Positions 29,647-39,686 of a stretch of DNA of 64,000 nt are shown here, one piece after another. Origin of the DNA: an uncultured archaeon (GTDB taxonomy: Archaea > Thermoproteota > Nitrososphaeria > Nitrososphaerales > Gagatemarchaeaceae). Made by a program: the position numbers and the translations under genes. Numbering within the stretch: position 1 is the first letter of the stretch; the number at the start of each line of letters is the position of its first letter. The stretch lies in the NCBI GenBank assembly GCA_963799775.1, contig CAWCYD010000003.1, positions 1,152,001 through 1,216,000 of the forward strand, written 5' to 3'. A model generated the notes under the pieces. It made no database searches. It saw nothing but the letters and a program-made list of their open reading frames with translations, and was not told where the DNA came from.

Positions 29647-30375
29647 TTGGCCAGCAACGTCCCAAAACTGGAGGCTCTTGACACGAAATTGGTCACGCCT
29701 GGCGCGATAATCGCTGCGGTAAGGGACGAGATCAGCTACGACCTCTCGATACAGGACGCGCTGGCCCGCGACTACGCCAACGTCAGCGCCATATCGAGGA
29801 TGCTGCAGCCAAGGATCAAAGAGAGGCTGGGAAAGGACGTCAACGTCGAGAGCATCATCACGTCTCTCAAGAGGCTGAAGGGCAGCTACTCTCCTGCCTC
29901 GGGGGAGATCCGTGCGATAATCGCTGACAGCGTCGTGAACGTGAGGACCAACGTCTCCAAGATCTCGGTGGAGAAGACAAGGAAGACTCTCGAGGCCGTC
30001 AGCACGCTCATTGCCACCCACCAGCAGGGTTTCCTTCACGTCTCGGAGAGCATCTCGAACATAACTCTCATCTTCGACCAGAAGCTGCACAAGAAGGTGA
30101 GGAGCAAGCTGTCGGATTCCGCGATACTCGAGGAGGGCGACGACTACGCGGCCATAATCGTGCAGAGCCCGATAGAGATCACCAACACCCCTGGCTGCCT
30201 CATCAACTTCTACAACCAGATCGCGAGGAGACACGTGAACATCGAGGACACCGTGAGCTGCCACACAGACACAATCATCGTCGTCAAGATGAAGGAGGTC
30301 GGAAAGGCGTTCACGGCCCTCACAGACCTCATCTCCGAGGAGCGGAAGGCCATCGAGGAGAAAAGTCACGCATGA
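29647..30375 (+). CDS. Archaeal HTH-like + double-ACT-domain protein, candidate amino-acid-responsive regulator
   Basis: DYANVSAISR N-terminal domain; TPGCL...VNIEDTVSCHTD ACT pattern; divergent from argG, upstream of carA; start may be 29668 or 29689. Confidence 0.75.
   Translation: MASNVPKLEALDTKLVTPGAIIAAVRDEISYDLSIQDALARDYANVSAISRMLQPRIKERLGKDVNVESIITSLKRLKGSYSPASGEIRAIIADSVVNVRTNVSKISVEKTRKTLEAVSTLIATHQQGFLHVSESISNITLIFDQKLHKKVRSKLSDSAILEEGDDYAAIIVQSPIEITNTPGCLINFYNQIARRHVNIEDTVSCHTDTIIVVKMKEVGKAFTALTDLISEERKAIEEKSHA
29679..29695. promoter_or_regulatory. Candidate operator TGACACGAAATTGGTCA
   Basis: TGAC-N9-GTCA pseudo-palindrome; 13/17 identical to 30406-30422. Confidence 0.4.
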
Positions 30376-30405
30376 ATTTGGTATTTGGTCACGATTTCAA
30401 AGTCG

Positions 30406-30434
30406 TGCCCTGAATTTGGTCAAAGGCTTTAAAA
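30406..30434 (+). promoter_or_regulatory. carAB promoter: candidate operator TGCCCTGAATTTGGTCA followed by TTTAAAA box
   Basis: Extra half-sites at 30373-30382 and 30385-30391; TATA-like box at 30428-30434. Confidence 0.5.
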
Positions 30435-30470
30435 AAGGAACAGCGGAACTTTTTTTCTTTAAGAGACGTG

Positions 30471-31649
30471 ATGGAAAAAGCGGAAGGGAGCGGCCCCGCA
30501 ATACTGCTTCTTGAAGACGGGACCGTCTTCTTCGGGAAGGGGTTCGGCGCCGAGGCGACGGTGGTCGGCGAGCTGGTGTTCAACACGGGGATGGTCGGCT
30601 ATCCGGAATCCATGACCGACCCGTCCTATTCGGGTCAGGTGCTCTCCTTCACGTATCCGTTGATAGGGAACTACGGCGTCCCGAACAGCAAGGAGAAGGA
30701 CGTCTACGGACTGCCAAGGCGCTTCGAGTCGGACGGGATCAAGGTGACAGGGATCGTCGTGCAGGAATACTGCCAGAGACCGAACCACTGGACCTCTGTC
30801 CAGACCCTCTCAAGGTGGATGGCCGACCAGGGAGTTCCGGGGATAGAGGGCGTCGACACGAGGGCGCTGGTCACCACGATAAGGGAGCGGGGCGTGATGA
30901 TGTGCGCGCTTGGGACTGGGCCAGAGATCGCGAGCAAGAGGGAGCTCAAGCGGCTCCTGGAGAAGGCGGCGAGATACGACTCTGTGGACTACGTGAGACG
31001 GGTCTCCGTGAAGAAGCCTGAGAGATTCGGCGTCTCGGAGAAGAGGGTGGTGCTCATCGACTGCGGGGTAAAGGAGAGCATCGTCAGGAACGTGCTCGGC
31101 CGCGGCTACTCCGTGGTCAGGATGCCGTTCGACTCGTCGTATGCCGACGTCATGCAGGATGACCCCGCCGGAGTCGTTGTGTCCAACGGGCCTGGCGACC
31201 CGCGCCTGTGCGTCGAGACCGTGAAGACGACCTCGAGGCTCGTCGACTCGGAGGTCCCTGTGCTGGGGATCTGCCTTGGCGAGCAAATACTGGGGATGTC
31301 CCAGGGGGCCGAGACTTACAAGCTGAAGTACGGTCATCGCGGTCAGAACAAGCCGGTCGTAGACGTCATCACTCGGAGGGGCTTCGTTACGAGCCAGAAC
31401 CACGGTTACGCCGTCGACCCCAGGACGCTCGCAAAGACAGAGCTCACGCCGTGGTTCATCAACGCCGACGACCATAGCGTCGAAGGCTTGGTGCACGGGA
31501 CCAAGCCGGCGATAGCCGTCCAGTTCCACCCTGAGGCGACACCGGGGCCTTACGATACCGAGTTCGTGTTCGACAGGTTCGTCGAGTTGATGTCTTCAGG
31601 CAAGAGGAAGAGCGTGGTAGGTGAGAGAGTTCGAAGCATGAGGGCGTGA
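30471..31649 (+). CDS. carA: Carbamoyl-phosphate synthase small subunit
   Basis: GELVFNTGMVGY, SNGPGDP, GICLG, SQNHG, QFHPE. Confidence 0.96.
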   Translation: MEKAEGSGPAILLLEDGTVFFGKGFGAEATVVGELVFNTGMVGYPESMTDPSYSGQVLSFTYPLIGNYGVPNSKEKDVYGLPRRFESDGIKVTGIVVQEYCQRPNHWTSVQTLSRWMADQGVPGIEGVDTRALVTTIRERGVMMCALGTGPEIASKRELKRLLEKAARYDSVDYVRRVSVKKPERFGVSEKRVVLIDCGVKESIVRNVLGRGYSVVRMPFDSSYADVMQDDPAGVVVSNGPGDPRLCVETVKTTSRLVDSEVPVLGICLGEQILGMSQGAETYKLKYGHRGQNKPVVDVITRRGFVTSQNHGYAVDPRTLAKTELTPWFINADDHSVEGLVHGTKPAIAVQFHPEATPGPYDTEFVFDRFVELMSSGKRKSVVGERVRSMRA

Positions 31650-34600
31650 AGAAGGCCCTAGTCCTCGGCAGTGGGGCGATAAAGATCGGAGAAGCAGGCG
31701 AGAGCCGCTAAGCGGCCGCAAATTCGACTACTCCGGTAGCCAATGCCTCAAGGCGCTGAGGGAAGAGGGGATCAGGTCGATACTGGTCAACCCGAACATC
31801 GCGACGATTCAGACGGACTCGAGGATGGCGGACAAGATCCACTTCCTCCCCGTCAATCCTGAGTTCGTCACCGACGTCATAGAGAAGGAGAGGCCCGACG
31901 CGGTCCTCCTCGGCTTCGGGGGACAGACCGCGCTCAACTGCGGGGTCGCACTATCCAGGTCGGGTGCGCTCACGAAGTATGGCGTGAAGGTGCTGGGCAC
32001 CCAGATTCACGGGATCGAGATAACCGAGGACAGGGAGCTCTTCAAGGAGACGATGCAGGAGATAGGCGTCGCCTGCCCCAAGAGCAGCCCTGCGTACTCG
32101 CTTGAGGATGCCCGCTCGACCGTGAAGGGGCTGGGCTTCCCCGTGATAATGCGCGTGGCCTACACCCTGGGCGGGAGGGGAGGAGGCGTTGCGAGGAACC
32201 TGAAGGAGCTGGACGAGATAGTGCAGAGAGGTCTGAACCTGAGCATGGCGCACCAGGTTCTGATCGAGGAGTACATCGGCCACTGGAAGCAGATCGAGTA
32301 TGAGGTGATGCGGGACGCCGAGGACAACGGGCAGATAGTCTGCAACATGGAGAACGTCCTCAGCATGAGGGTGCACACAGGGGACAACATCGTCGTGGCG
32401 CCCTCGCAGACGATATCGAACCGCGAGTATCACATGCTGGTGTCCTTGTCGCTCAAGGCGGCGAGGAGGTGCGGAATCGTCGGCGAGTGCAACATGCAGT
32501 TCGCGCTCGAGCCCAGCTCCGAGACATACCGCGCGATAGAGATCAACGCACGGCTCTCGATGTGCCTCGGCGCTCGCATCGAAGGCCACAGGGTACCCCA
32601 TCGCGTACATCGCCGCGAAGATCTGCCTCGGCTACTCGCTCACGGAGCTGAAGAACAAGATGACAGGGATAACGACGGCGATGTTCGAGCCCTCGCTCGA
32701 CTACGTCGTGGTGAAGATGCCGAGGTGGGACACGAAGAAGTTCGAGGGGGCGTCGCGCGGGATAGGGACGGCCATGAAGTCGATAGGCGAGGTCATGGCA
32801 ATCGGGCGGGGGTTCGAGGAGGCGGTGCAGAAGGCCGCGAGGATGCTCAACATCAGATACGACGGCGTGATCCGGCGGTTCCTCGAGGAGGACGACCTCG
32901 AGCTCTTGAAGGCCAGGCTGAGGAACCCGACCGACCAGATAATCTTCGACGTCGTCGAGGCGCTGATGGTCGGGATCCCTGAGGACGAGGTGGCGAGGCT
33001 GAGCGTCATCGACCCCTGGTTCGTCAGGAAGCTGAAGAACATCGTCGACTCGTATCGCAGGATAGAGAAGAGCGGACGCGAGGGGGTCGACCGGGACCCG
33101 GAGGTGCTCCTGGACGCCAAGCGCATGGGCTTCTCGGACAAGCAGGTCGCCAACGCCGTCGAGATAGACGAGGACGACGTCCGGGCGATGCGAGAGAGGA
33201 TGGAGATCAAGCCGCATGTCAAGGCCATCGACACGCTCGCGGCAGAGTGGCCCGCTCGCACGAACTACCTCTACGTGACCTACAACGCGTCCACCGACGA
33301 CGCGCCGCCGAGCGACAAGAGGAAGGTGATCGTCCTGGGGCAGGCCCCTACAGGATAGGGAGCTCCGTCGAGTTCGACTGGGGGACAATGAACATGGCGT
33401 GGGCCCTCAAGGAGAGCGGGCAGGTCGACGAGATCGTCGTCGTGAACTGCAACCCGGAGACGGTCTCCACCGACTTCGACCTGAGCGACAGGCTCTACTT
33501 CGAGGAGCTCACAGTCGAGCGCATGCTCTCGATCTACGAGAGGGAGAGGCCCTTGGGCGTGGTCCTATGCGTAGGAGGGCAGATACCCAACGACCTCGCT
33601 CTGGAGCTCGACCAGAAGGGGGTCAACGTATTGGGGACGAGCGCCGACTCCATCGAGAAGGCGGAGGACAGGGAGAGGTTCAGCTTCCTGCTGGACAGGA
33701 TAGGCATCCCGCAGCCCCAGTGGGGGAGCTTCAGGTCGATGAAGCAGGCGAGGGAGTTCTGCGACAAGGTGGGGTACCCCGTGATCGTCAGGCCGTCGCA
33801 CGTCCTGAGCGGCTCCGCGATGAGGGTGATCTGGGGCAGCAGGGAGCTCGAGAGCTTCCTCGCAAAGGCCGCGGAGGTCAACCCCAACTATCCGGTGACC
33901 GTCTCAAAGTTCTTCGAGAACGCGAAGGAGATAGAGGTCGACGGCGTCTCTGACGGAGAGACGACGGTCATCGGCGCGATCATGGAGCACGTGCAGAAGG
34001 CGGGAGTCCATTCCGGGGACGCGATTATGACGATCCCCACCGTCTCGATCAGCGAGGTCGCGAAGGGGAAGATCCGCGAGTACACGAGGGCGATAGCGAA
34101 GGAGCTCGAGGTGAAGGGGCCGTTCAACATCCAATATCTCTGCGTCAAAGACGAGGTCCAGGTGATAGAGTGCAACCTGAGGGCGTCCAGGTCTCTCCCG
34201 TTCGTCTCAAAGGCGACGGGGACGAACCTCATCAAGCTGGCCGCCACCGTCATCCTCGGGGGGAAGCTGGAGGGGATGCGGGACGTCCCAGAGCCCACCC
34301 AGTTCGCGGTCAAGGCCCCGCAGTTCTCGTTCATGCAGATGGAGGGCGCCGAGCCCACCGTCGGGGTGGAGATGAGGTCCACAGGAGAGGTCGCCTGCTT
34401 CGGCAAGACGCTCGCCGAGGCGATGAGCAGGGCCTTGATCGCTTCAGGACTGAGGATCCCCGCGAGAGGGGAGAGGGGGATAATCCTCGCCGACGAGAAC
34501 TCCGAGCTGGAAGAGGCGAAGGCCCTCGTCAAAGACTTCAAGGAAGCGGGGATCGAGTTCGTGACCACCGAGTCCCTGGCCAAGCCTCTGGGCGACGCCG

Positions 34601-34813
34601 CCAAGGTCGCGAGCCTCGACTCGATGCTCGAGATGATAGGAGCGGGCAAGGTGGCGATAGTGCTCTCCCTCAACACGAACCTCAACAAGGTGAGGAAAGA
34701 TCTACAAGGTGAGGAGAAAGGCGGTGGAGCTTCAGGTGCCGTTCCTAACGACCGTGGAGGAGGGCCGCGCAGTCCTTCTCTGCGTAAAGTCGCCCTTGAA
34801 GGCCCTGAGCTAG
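31646..34813 (+). CDS. carB: Carbamoyl-phosphate synthase large subunit; 20-nt insertion at 31703-31722; small frameshifts near 32563, 33340 and 34702
   Basis: VLGSGAIKIGEAGE|FDYSGSQ, NPNIATIQT, GPYRIGSSVEFDW, EMRSTGEV; GTG overlaps carA stop. Confidence 0.95.
31703..31722 (+). other. Candidate bulge-helix-bulge/loop intron in carB mRNA
   Basis: AGCCGCTAAGCGGCCGCAAA; removal restores GAG TTC (E-F) and the frame; both cut sites fall after the second nt of 3-nt bulges. Confidence 0.7.
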
Positions 34814-34820
34814 GCCCCGC

Positions 34821-36105
34821 TCACTCGCGTCTTATGCGGGTGAGGAGACCGTCCATCGGGCACCTTCTCCTCGGCCCGGGTCTGCATGTTCCGGAGCGTC
34901 AGCTGGCCGGTCTCTAGCTCCCTCTTGCCGAGTATCACCACCCAGGCGAAGCTCCTGGAGCTGGCGTCCTCGAGCTGCTTGCCGAGGCTCTTCCCCCGAG
35001 TTCCCAGCTCGCTCCGGATGCCTGCCCCTCTGAGGGATGCGACTATGGCAGAGGCGTTCGTAGACAGCGGTGACTCCGTGTATGCCACGTAGACCGAGGG
35101 CGACGCTCCCTCAGGGCCTTCTTCCTTCCCCATCGAGAGGGCGATGCGCTCGACGCCTCCTGCGGCGCCGGTCGCGGAGAGGTCCGGCCGCCCGAACAGC
35201 TTGGGCAAGACGTCGTACCTCCCCCCGCCGCAGAGGGAGCCGAGGTCGGGATGCCTCCTGTCGACGACCTCGAAGACTATGCCTGTGTAGTAGTCGAGGC
35301 CTCTCACGATGCTCAGACTGTACTCGACGTTCTGGATCCCCCGAGAGCGGAGCGAGTCGCGGAGAGCTATCAGGCCGCCGTCTCCTGCCTTGCTCAGGCC
35401 CAGCTCCTCGAGCCTCTTGGAGACCTGGTCGGGCGGCCCTCTCGTCCTACCGAACTTCAGGAGTTCCGAGAGCGCCTCTCTGCTCACACCTTTCCGCGTG
35501 TACTCCTCTTGGAGCTCTGCCTCCGTCTTCTTCTGGACCTTGTCCAAGGCCCTCATCATCTCAATGAGCTTCTCCTCGGAGGAGATGCCCATGGAATGGC
35601 CGATGTATTCCTCGACCACGCGCCGGTCGCCGACCTCGAGAGAGAAGTCCTGGAGGCCGAGCTTCTTGAAGAGGTTGTAGCAGAGGTCCATCACCTCGGC
35701 GTCCCCCTCTATGCTGCTGTCTCCGAAGATCTCCACGTCCCATTGGTAGAACCACCTGTATCTGGCGTGCTGGGGTTCGTCGTAGCGCCACACCCCTCCG
35801 TAGGATGCGAGCTTGACGGGGGGCTTCAGCCCCTTGTTCGCCGAGACGTTGCGCGTCATCCCCACCGTGAGGTCGAAGCGGAGGCCGATCTCGCGGTCCG
35901 CCTTGTCCCTGAACGCGTAGATCTGGTCGTCCACCTGGTCGCCGCTCTTCGCCCTAAGTATCGATATGTTCTCGAGAGGGCCGGGCTCCATGAGCCTGAA
36001 GTTGTAGGCGCGCGCCACCTCCTCGAAGGCCCGCCGTATCTTGAGGTGGAGGTCGAACTCCTCGGGCTCGATGTCGCGGATTCCTCTTGGTTGGGAGAGG
36101 TCCAT
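34821..36105 (-). CDS. hisS: Histidine--tRNA ligase (fused to rfcS in the ORF track only through a frameshift; terminal frameshift near 34860)
   Basis: PRGIRD, LRFDLT, RYDEPQ..RYRWFYQ, RGLDYYTG, GGGRYD. Confidence 0.95.
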
Positions 36106-36107
36106 CC

Positions 36108-37086
36108 TCAGGCCTTCCTGCCGGCCTCTCCCTTGAGCGCCGCGAGCTCGGCGAGGAGGGCCGTCAGCTGGACCTCCGGGTTCGCGCCCATCGCGAGCCG
36201 ATAGTCGTACTCGGCCAGGATCTTGATCGCCTCGGCGGTCCTTCCGCTCTTCCCCTTCACTATCTCCTCGTTGGCGAAACGGAGGAAGTCGGACTCTGCG
36301 ATTCCGTAGACCCTCGTGAGCTCGACCAGCTTGAGCCGCGCTGCGGAGAAGTCTCCTCCCAGAGCGAGGTCGACTATCTCGGCGGCCCTCTCCTTGACCG
36401 TCGACCCGGTCGCCGCGTTCACCCTCTCTATCGTCACCTCTCCCCCTCCTGCGGACGCCGCCTGGAGCAGGTTGATCGCCTGCCTGAGGTCTCCGTCGAC
36501 GGCGATGCTCACGGCCTGCATGGACCTTCTCCGTGACCTTGATCTCCTCGGCCTTTGCTATCTTCTTGAGCCGGGCCGTCACCTCCTCTTCTCCTATCTT
36601 CTTGAACCGGAATATTGCGCACCGGCTCTGGATCGCCTCGATAAGGTTCGAAGAGTAGTTGCAGATCAGCACGAAGCGCGTGTACCGCGAGGTCTCCTCC
36701 ATTATCCGCCGGAGCGCCGTCTGCGCGTCCCTGGTCATCTCGTCTGCCTCGTCCAGGATGACGAGCCTGAAGGGGACTCCCTCGCTCAGGTTCGAGTAGC
36801 TCGCGAACGTCTTGATCCTCTCCCTCACAGTGTCTATTCCCCTCTCGTCGCTCGCGTTGAGTTGGAGAGAGTACTCGCCCACGAGGTCTCCGAGGAGCTC
36901 CCTCGCCAGGACCAGGGCGGTCGTGGTCTTGCCCGAGCCCGGTGGACCCGCGAAGAGCAGGTGTGGTAGCTCGTCCCTGTTCTGGAGGAGGGGCTTCAGA
37001 CGCGCCTTGACCTCTTCCTGGTTGACGACGTCGTCGAGCTTCCGCGGTCTAAACTTCTCTACCCACATGAGGGACTCTAGGGACAT
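36108..37086 (-). CDS. rfcS: Replication factor C small subunit; frameshift near 36522
   Basis: WVEKFRP, GPPGSGKT, LNASDERG, DEAD, SRC motifs. Confidence 0.95.
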
Positions 37087-37284
37087 GAGGACGCTATGCA
37101 CCGATGATTTGTTGGTTACGGATAGCAGCCGTGGGTTTCGTCATCTCTGGCGAGTGACGCACGGGATGGTTTTGAGTATATATCCATGCGGACAGGTCTT
37201 TGGGTTCGGTCGACCTAATGGGGACGATGTGCGTTCTTGCTCGACATGTTTATTACGATTGATGACCAAAAATCCCGATTAGCA

Positions 37285-37989
37285 ATGCGTTTCAGCCGGC
37301 CAGGTGCTGGACGAGGGTCTGGAGAGGTGAGGGTGGGGTTCCACTCCCTGTCCCCGGCACTTTCGGGCGTTCTCCTTCTCTTGCTCCTCTTAGGCGGAGC
37401 TCTGCAGGTCGAAGCAGCGACGACATCCTCCACGTCCTCCTCGACAACCAATCCGTTCCCGTTAAAGACAGACAAATCAAGCTATACAGGAAACGCGACC
37501 ATAATCGTCTCGGGAACACTCGCCGGGACGAACGTCACGGGGGCCAGCGACGTAGCGGTGTATGTCTACAATCCGAGGAACGTCCAGATGACAGTCCAGA
37601 ACGTTGGAGTCCAGAACAACGAGTCCTTCAGCGAACCGATCCAAGCAGGAGGGCCGTCTTGGAACGTGAGCGGCACGTATCAGGTCGCTGTCGAGACCGA
37701 CATACCCGACTTCACTGGCGTGCCGCCGACATCGTACACCACGTTCCAGTACACCTATGTCCCGCCCTCCACCACCACGACGAGCTCGACATCTCTTGTC
37801 AGTGTGAGCACGAGCAACCCAGGGTCAGGAATCACACTGTTGAGTATCCTTCCCGTGTTGGTGGTGCTAGTCTTGGCCATCGGCGTGGTCGGGTACGTCC
37901 TGAGTTCGAGAGGCCGTGGTAGGCCTGCTAGACCCGGCGGCGGATCGGCCCCCCAGCCTCCCATGACGCGCGCCACTAGGGAAAGATAG
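37285..37989 (+). CDS. Secreted Ig-like-domain protein with Ser/Thr linker and C-terminal TM anchor
   Basis: Signal peptide, TDKSSY..SGT pattern, TM helix then RGRGR. Confidence 0.75.
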   Translation: MRFSRPGAGRGSGEVRVGFHSLSPALSGVLLLLLLLGGALQVEAATTSSTSSSTTNPFPLKTDKSSYTGNATIIVSGTLAGTNVTGASDVAVYVYNPRNVQMTVQNVGVQNNESFSEPIQAGGPSWNVSGTYQVAVETDIPDFTGVPPTSYTTFQYTYVPPSTTTTSSTSLVSVSTSNPGSGITLLSILPVLVVLVLAIGVVGYVLSSRGRGRPARPGGGSAPQPPMTRATRER

Positions 37990-38029
37990 TGACGCGAACT
38001 CGAACGATCGCTAGTCTCCGAACGAGCTG

Positions 38030-39025
38030 ATGGGATTCGAGAGCATGAGGATTCTCACTCTGGACGCCGGTCAGGTCGCCGCCTCCCTCCCCATGAGGGA
38101 GTGCGTTGAGGAGATGTCGCGAGCCTTCGCGATGGAAGCCGAGAAGAGGTTCCAGTCGCCGGCTAGGACAAGGTTGGCTGCCCCGGCTGGCGACATACTC
38201 GTGATGCCGGCCCTCGCGGAGAGGAAGTCGACCGAAGGGTCGGTCAAGGTCGTGAGCATCTTTCCCAATAACAAGGGAGGGACGCCGCCGATCACGTCTA
38301 TCGTGATACTCCTCGATGGGGAGACCGGCGAACCTCGGGCGCTGATGGACGGGAGGAGGCTGACCGCCATCAGGACGGGCGCCGTCTCGGGCCTGTCGTG
38401 CAGATACCTCGCGAGGAGAGACTCGGTCTCGCTCGGGATAATCGGCGCGGGCGCTCAGTCTTTCGAGCAGGTCAACGGAGTCGCGAGCGAGCTGCGACGA
38501 ATAGAGAGGGTGAAGATATACTCGAGAGAGCTGGCCCGAAGCAAGGCACTCGCTAGGCAGTGCAAGAGGGCGCTCGGCCTCGACTCGGTGGCCGTTGACG
38601 ATCCTCGAGATTGTGTGAGGGGAAGCGACGTGGTGGTCACCGCAACCACCTCGAAGACGCCAGTCTTCGACGGGAGGACAGCGGGCCAGGGAGTCCACGT
38701 GATAGCGATCGGCTCTTATCGGCCGGACGCGAGGGAGCTTGACTCTTCGTTGGTCTGCAGGGCCTCCATCTTCGTCGACTCTCGCGAGGCGGCCCTTGCG
38801 GAGGCGGGAGACCTCTTGATCCCCATCTCAGAGGGGAAGCTCTCGAGAGACTCTGTCAAAGGCGACCTCTCCGAGTTGGTCACGGGAAAGGCGAAGGGCA
38901 GGGGCTCGTCTACAGAGGTGACGCTCTTCAAGAGCGTGGGCCTGGCCCTCGAGGACAACGCGGCAGGATGGCTCGCCTATCGTCGCGCGATCAGGAAGCG
39001 GGTCGGAAAGTGGAAAGACCTCTAG
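38030..39025 (+). CDS. Ornithine cyclodeaminase/alanine dehydrogenase (mu-crystallin family)
   Basis: LTAIRTGA, GAGAQ, FKSVGLALED. Confidence 0.9.
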   Translation: MGFESMRILTLDAGQVAASLPMRECVEEMSRAFAMEAEKRFQSPARTRLAAPAGDILVMPALAERKSTEGSVKVVSIFPNNKGGTPPITSIVILLDGETGEPRALMDGRRLTAIRTGAVSGLSCRYLARRDSVSLGIIGAGAQSFEQVNGVASELRRIERVKIYSRELARSKALARQCKRALGLDSVAVDDPRDCVRGSDVVVTATTSKTPVFDGRTAGQGVHVIAIGSYRPDARELDSSLVCRASIFVDSREAALAEAGDLLIPISEGKLSRDSVKGDLSELVTGKAKGRGSSTEVTLFKSVGLALEDNAAGWLAYRRAIRKRVGKWKDL

Positions 39026-39096
39026 AAGACGCGTATAGACTTAATTATCCGGGCCTGACCGTTTGCCAGTCCCCTAGCAAAATCAGGAGTCGTTGA

Positions 39097-39663
39097 GTGT
39101 TTCTCTTGGATGACCCCGGGACGGATGTGGCGAGGATGTTCGAGCAACGTGAGAGGGAGTTCTTGATCGCACCGGTCGGGGTCATGATGAAGAGCTCGAT
39201 AGAGCAGATGGAGGTGGGCGACCTCGTGCTCGCGAAGGCCAAAGAGGGGGAGAGAGTAGAGCTCCCCAGGTGGGTCGCCGAAGAGCTCGTCGAATCAGGG
39301 ATTGCCGAGCTTCAAGAGGAGCCTTTCGACGTCGAGATATTCAAGGCGCTCACCAGAGAGAAGATGCTGGCTTCCCCGCAGCTCTCGCCGCTCGCGCCCA
39401 GCTTCTACGTCAGGATGCGTCGGAGGCTCGCGGTCATCAAGGCGGGCGTCGAGAAAGGCAAGTACAGGCGCGAGGACTATGAGAAGCTCAGGATGGCGAG
39501 CTACGACCTCATCGGAAGGAGGCTCAGCAAGCTCCTGTCCATCAGCTCGTCGACGAGCGTCAAGACGATAACGGACAGGATAACGCCGGAGGAGAAGGCC
39601 TTCTTCACGGTCTCCAGCTCGATCTCGGCGGCGTGGAAGACGGCGCTTCTGGGAGACCAGTAG
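39097..39663 (+). CDS. GINS subunit (Gins23 type)
   Basis: ELPRWVAEEL B-domain, FY..RR...RLSKL, TPEE; directly upstream of mcm. Confidence 0.85.
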   Translation: MFLLDDPGTDVARMFEQREREFLIAPVGVMMKSSIEQMEVGDLVLAKAKEGERVELPRWVAEELVESGIAELQEEPFDVEIFKALTREKMLASPQLSPLAPSFYVRMRRRLAVIKAGVEKGKYRREDYEKLRMASYDLIGRRLSKLLSISSSTSVKTITDRITPEEKAFFTVSSSISAAWKTALLGDQ

Positions 39664-39686
39664 GAAAGAGGATCAGGGACCGCACC

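Noticed and set aside
34810-37101. 763-aa RFC-HisRS fusion in the ORF track
   Set aside because: Artefact of the rfcS frameshift; the true RFC C-terminus is ORF 36108-36521 and hisS has its own ATG at 36105.
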